This document shows positions 56,541 to 64,000 of a DNA stretch of 64,000 bases, piece by piece (position 1 is the first letter of the stretch; each line of letters begins with the position of its first letter). Under the pieces are notes generated by a model. The model did not search any database, was not told the origin of the DNA, and saw only the letters and a list, made by a program, of their open reading frames with translations. Made by a program: the position numbers and the translations under genes. Origin of the DNA: Candidatus Latescibacterota bacterium (GTDB taxonomy: Bacteria; Latescibacterota; UBA2968; GCA-2709665); contig CBDDDZ010000005.1 in NCBI GenBank assembly GCA_965226795.1, positions 1,280,001 through 1,344,000 of the forward strand, read 5' to 3'.

Positions 56541-57263
56541 ATGATGGCTTCCCCCTCTGACTTGAGAGGTGTTTTTTTCATTGCGGCCCTTGTGCTCGGT
56601 CTGGCCGGGCGGGCCCTTGCTGAGGAGCCGGCGCCGATTGTGCCGGAATTTGAAGAAAGTCTGAAGGTTGCCCCTGATGCTTCTCGTGTACAGTCGGCTC
56701 CGGAATTGCTTGTTGCCGCGGCTGCGATGGAAGCGGGAGACTATACGTTGGCGGCAAGGGAACTCCAGGCGCTTACCATGAAAGACTCTACAAACCTCGA
56801 CGCGCTGCGTATGCTTGCAAGCGCTTACCTGCGCCAGAAAGCCTACGCGCGGGCTGTTCCGGTCTCCGAACGGATTGCAGCGCTGGATTCCACGGACGCG
56901 GGCGTCAGGGTCGCCCTGGGTTTCCTGCACGAGAAGCTGGGAGACGTGGACCGATCCCTGATGGCGTATACGGATGCCCTCGAGATCGATGCCGAGATGA
57001 TTCAGGCGTACCAGGGTCTGGGATGGATCCTCCTGCAGCGGCGACAGCTTCAGGAAGCCATGAATATGATTGCGAAGGCCACCGAACTTGAGCCCGGATA
57101 CGCCCCGAATTACGTTCTTATGGGACGTGTGCTGACGGCTCAGGGCTTTTATGAAAATGCCCGGCAGGCCTTCGAGACTGCATTCAGGCTGGACTCCAGA
57201 TTGCGCGAACAATATGGAATCTTGCTTCAGGAGCTTGTCCTGAGACATCGACTCGGGCGGTGA
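56541..57263 (+). CDS. Exported tetratricopeptide repeat protein
   Basis: Signal peptide ALA-E and about five TPR-like helical repeats (LG..Y..LG, A.ELEP..A). Confidence 0.85.
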   Translation: MMASPSDLRGVFFIAALVLGLAGRALAEEPAPIVPEFEESLKVAPDASRVQSAPELLVAAAAMEAGDYTLAARELQALTMKDSTNLDALRMLASAYLRQKAYARAVPVSERIAALDSTDAGVRVALGFLHEKLGDVDRSLMAYTDALEIDAEMIQAYQGLGWILLQRRQLQEAMNMIAKATELEPGYAPNYVLMGRVLTAQGFYENARQAFETAFRLDSRLREQYGILLQELVLRHRLGR

Positions 57264-57406
57264 ACCATCCGGGAGCAGGACGTCCGGAATCTCCCGGGCG
57301 AGACCGTCGTTTTTTGTTAAGATGAATGGCGGGAACTTATCTAACGCAGCTGAGGGGCGATTGAGGGGATGTCTCCTGGATTCAACTAAAGGATGGATAT
57401 CAGGAG

Positions 57407-58165
57407 TTATTTTAGGGAAAAAGTGATCGGCATTATCATCCAGACCTTGCGTTTTTGGCCTTCGTGCTTACCGGGGCGGAAGCGGAATTGACGGGCGGCG
57501 TCTATGGCGTAGCGTCGAAAGATCTCCGGACCGCTGATAACCTCAGCTTTTTCCACGTGGCCCCTTTTGTCCACAAGTACGCGAACTTTAACCTCGCCTT
57601 CCAACTTCGCCTTGTGAGCGGCCCGCGGATATTCGGGCGCCACGATACGAATGGGATGCGGCTTATATTCGATGTCGAACTCGTCCAACGGAGCGTCCGA
57701 CGGCGGGCCTGCAGCAATCGGACCCGTCAGGTGAAGATCCAGAGGGAGCGCATCGAGGTCCAGTTCGGTGGTTTCGATCGTAACGTCTTCAGGGACTTCC
57801 TCCCCTTCAACCTCGATCGGTACACTCGGACGAGGCGGCGGCGGCGGACGCTGGGCCTGGGAAGTCTCGGGAATTTGCGCCCACTGCACGACGTCTATCT
57901 GTGGGTCGTTCAGCACCACCGTGGGGATATGTTCGGGGTAGATGAGTACGGCGAATAGCATGAACAGGAAGGATGCGCCCACCGATTTGACAAAGCGGGT
58001 CCGGTAGTCGAGTTTGAGGTCCATGTCGGGGTCTTTGGAGCGAACCGATACCCGAACACCCGTCGGATGATCCTCTAGAAGGCGCAGAAACCTCTCCTGG
58101 CGCTCACGAAATCGCGCCAACTGCGCCAGGAGCGAATGATTGAAGCGATGGTGAACGATATTCAT
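57407..58165 (-). CDS. tonB: Energy transducer TonB
   Basis: TM helix, PPPPP linker, and a TonB_C domain PEYP..A....EG.V.V.VLVD..G.V...A...F.F.PG. The start may be downstream. Confidence 0.85.
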   Translation of the reverse strand: MNIVHHRFNHSLLAQLARFRERQERFLRLLEDHPTGVRVSVRSKDPDMDLKLDYRTRFVKSVGASFLFMLFAVLIYPEHIPTVVLNDPQIDVVQWAQIPETSQAQRPPPPPRPSVPIEVEGEEVPEDVTIETTELDLDALPLDLHLTGPIAAGPPSDAPLDEFDIEYKPHPIRIVAPEYPRAAHKAKLEGEVKVRVLVDKRGHVEKAEVISGPEIFRRYAIDAARQFRFRPGKHEGQKRKVWMIMPITFSLK

Positions 58166-58541
58166 TGTTCAATCTGGTGAGGTCACGAGTCGAAGGCAAC
58201 TATGCTCGCGCCTGGAACGGATTCGCTCTTCGTTCCGGATCAATTCCCGGAGAATAGGGCTATCGGGCAATTGATCAACGAAGTTCGCCGCTTGGCCGGT
58301 TTCGTCTCTTTTACTCTTAAACCAACAAGAGGAGAAATGGTTCCGGGCCGATGGCTTTGCTCAGCCCGGCCCGGCAGATGCTGAGACGACAGGAATCTTC
58401 GCTCGTGAATATTCGGCCCACATCGGTAACGCAGACGTGCCTGAAGCCATAGATCACTAAGTTAGTACAGACGTGCGAAAAGTCAAGCGCAAACTTGAAA
58501 AAGCGGTGCGGTTCCACCATAACAAGGCGGGCCATGGCATT

Positions 58542-58877
58542 ATGTACAACAGAACGGGCATTCCCGTCCGGATCGACGTTCGGCGGAACGACGGCGAGAT
58601 GGAAATCGAATGGCGCGGCGGCGGCGTTGACCGTCTGCCGCTTTACGAGTTGCGGCGCTGGTGTCCGTGCGCGCTGTGCTCGGACCAGCGCGCACATCAG
58701 GCCCGGAACCAGGGTCTGCACATGTTGACGGCGGAGGAGCGCGATGCTACGGCCGATGTGGTGGATGTGATTCCGGTGGGCCGGTACGCGATACAGATCA
58801 GGTGGGGAGACGGTCACGATACGGGGATCTACACGTACGACTCCCTGCGGAAAATGGGCGAGGATCGTCGGAGCTGA
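58542..58877 (+). CDS. DUF971 / GBBH-like N-terminal domain protein
   Basis: LRRWCPCALC, VGRYAIQIRW.DGHDTGIYTY..LR. Start is uncertain. Confidence 0.88.
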   Translation: MYNRTGIPVRIDVRRNDGEMEIEWRGGGVDRLPLYELRRWCPCALCSDQRAHQARNQGLHMLTAEERDATADVVDVIPVGRYAIQIRWGDGHDTGIYTYDSLRKMGEDRRS

Positions 58878-58995
58878 ATGGCGGGGCTGGGAACCCGCCC
58901 GTGGGATCAATCGTTGACAGATCGGGCACGGTGATGCCATATTGCAGGTGTGCGGAATAAGGACCGTTTGGGAACCTCATATCCTGGAGAACCCT

Positions 58996-59919
58996 ATGGC
59001 GCAGTCTATCGAGAGTGGTCTGGTTGCACACGTGACGAAGAATACCGCATTGCCGGTACCCCAAAGAATGCTGGGTAAAACTGGCGTGCGTGTACCCGTT
59101 CTTGGCTACGGATCGGCCCCCGGCGGGATTGGCATGGACGACGATGACGCCATTGCACTTTGCCACAGGGCGATCGATCTCGGCGTGACATTTATCGATA
59201 CCGCGCCCGGGTATGGCCGGGCGCATCTCCAACTGGGGCAGGTGATGGCGGACCGCAGGGATGAAGTCTTCCTGGTCACCAAAACGCCGGCCGACGATGC
59301 GGCGGAGGCGCTGTCGATGCTGGAGAACGGTCTGAAGGACCTGCAAACCGACCAGGTCGACCTGGTTTACGTGCATTCGATGGGTAACCGGGACGTGGAC
59401 AGGGTGCTGGCCTCCGGTGGCGCGCTGGAGGGTCTACGGGAGGCGCGGCGGCGAGGATGGACCCGGTTTATCGGAGTCACGGCGCACAACGCGCCCTGGC
59501 GAACCGTGCGGGTACTGAAGGAAGCGGAAATCGACGTGATGATGCTTGCCATGAACATTGCCGACCGATATACGTACAACTTTGAGAACGAAGTGCTGCC
59601 TATCGCCTGTGAACAGAACGTCGGGGTAGCGGCCATGAAGGTATACGGGGGGGCGCCGGGAATGAATTACGATAAACCGACGCTTTCGGCCCTGGCCGCG
59701 CACGGGCCGCACGATCATGAAGCGGCGCTCCGGTACGCGTTGGGGCTGCCAGGGGTCGGCACGGCGGTGGTGGGAGTGTTTACCGAGGCTGAACTGATGC
59801 AGAACGTGGAATGGGCGCGGCGAATTACACCGCTGGATGAGGCGGATAGCCTCGCCGCGGAGCGCATCGGGCGGAAGGTAGCCGCCGACTGGGGGCCGCA
59901 TTACGGGGCGGTGGAATAA
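58996..59919 (+). CDS. Aldo/keto reductase
   Basis: LGKTG..V..LG.G, FIDTA..YG, VFLVTK, LQTD.VDL..VH, AMKV.GG. GGAG RBS. Confidence 0.9.
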   Translation: MAQSIESGLVAHVTKNTALPVPQRMLGKTGVRVPVLGYGSAPGGIGMDDDDAIALCHRAIDLGVTFIDTAPGYGRAHLQLGQVMADRRDEVFLVTKTPADDAAEALSMLENGLKDLQTDQVDLVYVHSMGNRDVDRVLASGGALEGLREARRRGWTRFIGVTAHNAPWRTVRVLKEAEIDVMMLAMNIADRYTYNFENEVLPIACEQNVGVAAMKVYGGAPGMNYDKPTLSALAAHGPHDHEAALRYALGLPGVGTAVVGVFTEAELMQNVEWARRITPLDEADSLAAERIGRKVAADWGPHYGAVE

Positions 59920-59935
59920 AAAGCGATACGAGAAA

Positions 59936-61075
59936 ATGATCTCTGGGAGCCCTGTTGGCGCAGGATTCACACGACTGACGGTTGGCGTCCGCCGGGTTCC
60001 GACCGGCGTATGGTCCGGTCTTGCAGTGCTGGCTCTGTGCGCGTGTGGGGTCGACGAAACAGGTTCGCTCCTGGGAGGTGTGGCGCCCAGATCGTTTGGC
60101 GTGGTCGGACCGATGGTTGAACCCAGGAGGGATCACACGGCCACCCGACTATCCGACGGCACCGTGTTGATTGCCGGAGGGTTACACGTAGTAACCGCCG
60201 GCATTGAAGAACCACTGACCCGTGCGGAGGTCTTCGATCCGGTCACGGGACGGTTTCGGCTTACCGACAGCCTGCCCGAGGGGCGCAGCGGACACGTGGC
60301 TGCCTTATTGAACAACGGCAAGGTGTTGATTGCCGGAGGAGGCCAGCAACCGCTGGTTCTGTACGATCCCGATTCCGGTTCCTTTGTCGGCAGTGCGGCC
60401 ACAAGCAGGATTCAGCGCCTGCGAACGGCGACGACGCTACAGGATGGCCGGGTAATGCTGTTGGGCGATTTGAGCTTCGCGGCGGAGATTTACGACCCTG
60501 AAAAGGACGATATTGCAAAGACACTCACGGTGGGTACAAGGCGCGTGCAACAGACTGCAACGTTGCTGAACAACGGAGATGTGCTCATCGCGGGCGGCGC
60601 CCGGGGACTAGCCGAGCGATTCCATCCGGCAACCGGGAGATTTGTGCCGCCGGGCAGCGCCAGCTCGCAGGTCGTTAGATACGGGCATACGGCGACGTTG
60701 CTGGCCGATGGACGCGTGTTGCTGACCGGGGGCAGTGCCGAGTTCGGAGGACAGGTGTTCGCGCCCGTGAACAGCACCGAGATTTTCAATCCGGACATCC
60801 CGTCGTTCCGAGACGCGGGCGATATGCAAATTCCAAGGTTTGGACACGTGGCCACCCGGCTGCGCGACGGAAGGGTGCTCATAATGGGCGGCGCAGCCGC
60901 CGATGCCGAGCTCTACGATCCCGTTACGCGGGCGTTTCAGTTTGTGGGCGGAGACGAGGGCCGGGTTCGAAGCGGCGCTACCGCCACCCTGTTGAACGAT
61001 GGCCGGGTACTGGTGGCCGGAGGTGTGGACGAGGAGTTTTCATATCTCGAGAATGCGTTGGTGTACAATCCTTAA
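59936..61075 (+). CDS. Kelch-repeat beta-propeller protein, probable lipoprotein
   Basis: About seven R..HTAT.L.DG.VL..GG....E.YDP repeats; lipobox-like LCAC. Start is uncertain. Confidence 0.88.
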   Translation: MISGSPVGAGFTRLTVGVRRVPTGVWSGLAVLALCACGVDETGSLLGGVAPRSFGVVGPMVEPRRDHTATRLSDGTVLIAGGLHVVTAGIEEPLTRAEVFDPVTGRFRLTDSLPEGRSGHVAALLNNGKVLIAGGGQQPLVLYDPDSGSFVGSAATSRIQRLRTATTLQDGRVMLLGDLSFAAEIYDPEKDDIAKTLTVGTRRVQQTATLLNNGDVLIAGGARGLAERFHPATGRFVPPGSASSQVVRYGHTATLLADGRVLLTGGSAEFGGQVFAPVNSTEIFNPDIPSFRDAGDMQIPRFGHVATRLRDGRVLIMGGAAADAELYDPVTRAFQFVGGDEGRVRSGATATLLNDGRVLVAGGVDEEFSYLENALVYNP

Positions 61076-61106
61076 GTATCCCAAGTTTGGCGGATAATGT
61101 ATAACC

Positions 61107-61141
61107 GAGGCTGAATCCCGCATGGGCGGCCTCTATTTTTT
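61107..61141 (+). terminator. Rho-independent terminator
   Basis: GAGGCTG..CCC-GCAT-GGG-CGGCCTC followed by TATTTTTT. Confidence 0.55.
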
Positions 61142-61312
61142 GTGCGGTTATTTCTGACGACGTCTCGAAGGTGATACAACTCTGCAGGGCAATCCGCGAT
61201 TCAAAATGCCTGCCTCTTCAGCCTTCGAACGCGCCCGATCGATTGCGTAAAACGCACGCGTTGACGGGTCTGTTCCCGTATGGTTGGATATGCCTAGAAG
61301 GTTTCGGATCTG

Positions 61313-63310
61313 ATGAGCCAGCCCGACTTTCAAAATCCTGTCCAGTTCCCGGGAGATTCTCGGGTGTCGGCCGCCGAAGCTCTTCGTGGAACTGTTGTCG
61401 CGCTTTCGGTTGCCATGCTGGTATTTGCGTGCGTCGCGGCTACGTTTTTGGAATTCAGATCCCGCTCCGCACACATGGCCATGGCAAACCTTCCCCTGGC
61501 GGTGTTGTTGCCATTCGTCACTTGGCTTCTGGTAAACGCCCTGCTAAAACGGTTTGTTCCCCGGCTGTCCCTGACTTCGGCAGAGCTGCGGCTGGCGTTG
61601 AGCATGCTCTGGGTGGGTGGATCATTTGCCGGGTATAACTGGATTACGCAGTGGGTGGGCGCAATGGCGGCGCCCAGGTACTACGCCTCGCCCGAGAACC
61701 GGTGGCGGGAGTTGATTTTCGACTACTTGCCGTGGTGGATGTTTCCTTCAGATTTTCCGGGCGTGACCGAGGGGTTCTTCCTTGGGATCGAGAAGGGCGC
61801 GGGTGTGCCCTGGGGCGCATGGCTGGGACCGGTTTTCTGGGCGATGTCCGCCGGTGTGGCGATGACGGCGATCGGGGTGGGGGTGACGGCGGTGTTCCAG
61901 AAGCAGTGGGTTCGGCACGAACGCCTCACCTATCCACTGGCGCAGGTGCCGATCGACTTGACGGAAGGTTTCGACCGGAAGCGAGGATGGCCGCCGTTTG
62001 CACGCCAATGGCTGTTCTGGACGGGTTTCGCGATATCGGCGGTTCCCTTGCTATGGAATCTGATCGAGTATTGGTCGCCCGGGTTTCCCCGCCTGGCGAT
62101 TTTCGACGCCTATTATGGACCGAGCGGGCCCAGAGGTGCGGAACTGTCACGTTATTTGCAGCCGTTTTCCTACCGTATGTTGCCCACGGTAATGGGCTTT
62201 ACGTTCTTGTGCGATCTGAATATCCTGTTCAGCATATGGGCGTTGTGGCTCTCCGGACAACTGGGCCTGTACGCAATGTCCAGGGTTGGATTTTCGGTGG
62301 GCCTGGTGGGGCAGGAGGCCAAACCGTCTGCAATTCTGGGTTTGTTCACACACGGCGTCAGCATGGGATTGGTATTATGGACCCTGTGGGCCGCCCGGGG
62401 CCACCTGAAACGAGTCTTTCTGCAGGTGGTACGCCCGCGCGATGACGAAGAGGCGGAAACCGTGATTCTCCGCCCCCGATTGGCTCTGATTTCGATTCTG
62501 GCCGGCGGCATCTATATGGTTTTCTGGTTGAACAGGGCGGGCTACAGCGTGACGATCGGCCTGTCCTGGTTACTGCTCTTCTGGGCGAGTATCCTGGTGG
62601 TGATGAAATTCCTGGCCGCAAGTGGGTTTGCGTATCTGTTTCCCAGTTTCGGTACGTCGATCCTGAATATGACCGTTGGCGCAAACCGGATGAATGAATC
62701 CACCCTGGTGGGGCTTCGCCTGGTGAACTGGAGACTCCTGGCAGGCTGGCGGTTGCCGGCGGCGCTACCTCACGTTGAACGTCTGCTCGGGCGGTCGGGT
62801 CGTACGGGATGGGTGGTGGCCGGCAGCCTCGTGGCCGGCATGCTGGCGGCGATCATTTACACGGTTTCAATCTGTTACGAGGAGGGAGGCAGCACGTTCC
62901 GTACGTGGTCTCTTGTGGGCGCGCCGCGGGGGATGTACGAGGGCATCGCAAAGGCCGTTGCCGACACCGACCCCGAAGTAACCGATCCTGGCAAGATCGG
63001 CGTGTGGATCCTCGGGGGCCTCACCGCGGGTGCCATACAGCTGATGCAGAGCCGATTATCCTGGTGGCCGCTACATCCCCTGGGTGTCATGCTGATGTCG
63101 AGCGGCTACGTTCAGCTTTATGTTCTGGATATCTTCCTGGTGTGGCTGGCCAAATTGATGGTTCTCCGGTTTGGCGGCATCTCCCTGTACCGACGGGTAA
63201 AACCGTGGTGCTACGGATTGATTGTGGGTTATGTATTTGCGGTTGGGTGTTCTTTTCTCGTGGACTTGATCTGGTTTCCCGAAGGCGGTCACTATATTCA
63301 CGGATACTAA
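61313..63310 (+). CDS. Polytopic membrane protein, DUF6785-like putative transporter (paralog 3, divergent)
   Basis: YYASPENRW, QWVRHERLTYP and WWPLHPLG motifs shared with the 37978 and 40051 proteins. Confidence 0.7.
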   Translation: MSQPDFQNPVQFPGDSRVSAAEALRGTVVALSVAMLVFACVAATFLEFRSRSAHMAMANLPLAVLLPFVTWLLVNALLKRFVPRLSLTSAELRLALSMLWVGGSFAGYNWITQWVGAMAAPRYYASPENRWRELIFDYLPWWMFPSDFPGVTEGFFLGIEKGAGVPWGAWLGPVFWAMSAGVAMTAIGVGVTAVFQKQWVRHERLTYPLAQVPIDLTEGFDRKRGWPPFARQWLFWTGFAISAVPLLWNLIEYWSPGFPRLAIFDAYYGPSGPRGAELSRYLQPFSYRMLPTVMGFTFLCDLNILFSIWALWLSGQLGLYAMSRVGFSVGLVGQEAKPSAILGLFTHGVSMGLVLWTLWAARGHLKRVFLQVVRPRDDEEAETVILRPRLALISILAGGIYMVFWLNRAGYSVTIGLSWLLLFWASILVVMKFLAASGFAYLFPSFGTSILNMTVGANRMNESTLVGLRLVNWRLLAGWRLPAALPHVERLLGRSGRTGWVVAGSLVAGMLAAIIYTVSICYEEGGSTFRTWSLVGAPRGMYEGIAKAVADTDPEVTDPGKIGVWILGGLTAGAIQLMQSRLSWWPLHPLGVMLMSSGYVQLYVLDIFLVWLAKLMVLRFGGISLYRRVKPWCYGLIVGYVFAVGCSFLVDLIWFPEGGHYIHGY

Positions 63311-63320
63311 CCAACATGAC

Positions 63321-64000
63321 GTGGCCATTGACGTCTGTGGCGTGAACAAGGTGTTTGAGAGCGATGCCGGGCGGGTGGTGGCGTTGAAGAACGTGAATTT
63401 GCAGGTTCCGCGGGGCGCTTTCGTGAGTGTTGTCGGGCCCTCCGGTTGCGGAAAGACCAGCCTGATGCGCATCGTCGGCGACCTGGAGGTGCCGACGTCG
63501 GGTTTGGTTCGGGTGAACGGAAAGCTGCCGGTGGAGGCAAGACGAGCGCGGGAGATTGGTGTGGTCTTTCAGAGTCCCGCCCTGATGGGCTGGCGCACGG
63601 TGGAGGAAAATGTGCGTCTGCCTGGAGAGATCTTCAACGATATGCAGGTCGTAGCGCAGACCCGGGAGATGATTCGGGCCGTGGGGCTGCAGGGCTTCGA
63701 GCAGTCCTATCCGAGGCAGCTTTCGGGTGGCATGCAGTCACGGGTGGCCATTGCCCGGGCGCTGACGTACCGCCCCGCCGTATTGCTGATGGACGAACCG
63801 TTCGGCGCTCTTGACGAAATTACAAGGGAGAGAATGCAGCTGGAGTTGCTTCGAATATGGCGGGTTACAAAGCCCTCGGTGCTTTTTATAACCCACAGCA
63901 TCCCGGAGGCCATTCTGCTTTCGGACCGGGTCGTGGTGATGTCGGCTCGTCCGGGCCGCCTGGTGGGCGACGTCGACGTGGATTTTCCGAGACCGAGAAA
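63321..64000 (+). CDS. ABC transporter ATP-binding subunit, NitT/TauT family (runs off the window end)
   Basis: Translated by hand from GTG 63321: Walker A GPSGCGKT, VFQSP, signature LSGGMQ, LLMDEPFGALD, ITHS. Absent from the ORF track because it has no stop in the window. Confidence 0.9.
   Translation, partial: MAIDVCGVNKVFESDAGRVVALKNVNLQVPRGAFVSVVGPSGCGKTSLMRIVGDLEVPTSGLVRVNGKLPVEARRAREIGVVFQSPALMGWRTVEENVRLPGEIFNDMQVVAQTREMIRAVGLQGFEQSYPRQLSGGMQSRVAIARALTYRPAVLLMDEPFGALDEITRERMQLELLRIWRVTKPSVLFITHSIPEAILLSDRVVVMSARPGRLVGDVDVDFPRPR

Noticed and set aside
58328..58384. Strong RBS (AGAGGAG) plus ATG opening a 15-codon ORF
   Set aside because: Too short and featureless to support as a peptide gene from sequence alone.
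63316..63345. ATG 63316 as the ABC ATPase start, implying a frameshift
   Set aside because: That frame stops at 63345, but an in-frame GTG at 63321 gives a complete N-terminus, so no frameshift is needed.

Overview
GC-rich, gene-dense bacterial chromosome segment, mostly on the + strand. No rRNA, tRNA, CRISPR array, prophage or intact transposase was seen. The gene content includes three paralogous ~665-aa polytopic membrane proteins (DUF6785-like), two heparinase II/III-like lyases, many Gfo/Idh/MocA, amidohydrolase and aldo-keto enzymes, a C-terminal DFNGDGxVDFxDF dockerin-like domain, and TonB/ExbBD. This suggests a diderm glycan or organic scavenger such as Ca. Latescibacterota or a related lineage (inference only). 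Recognisable modules are hpnCDE squalene synthesis, cobA/btuR, thrC, ltaE, a GT2 synthase, tonB-exbB-exbD, an RND efflux pair, an AbrB-VapC TA pair and an orphan DUF1902. The most interesting leads are: (1) a 12-kb SusCD-free catabolic locus joining a heparinase-like lyase, a divergent ComA, a degenerate M14-fold protein and a tandem pair of uncharacterised transporters; (2) a dispersed composite REP/MITE-like element with nested hairpin units, present twice; (3) a promoter-driven ~150-nt rod-shaped RNA candidate; (4) a sigma54 activator with Glu at the phospho-acceptor site, behind its own candidate sigma54 promoter; (5) a small helical secreted protein paired with an RxNPxDP FN3 lipoprotein. 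All family calls come from motif recognition by eye and no database search was run. Many start codons were moved from the ORF track to the codon with the better RBS.
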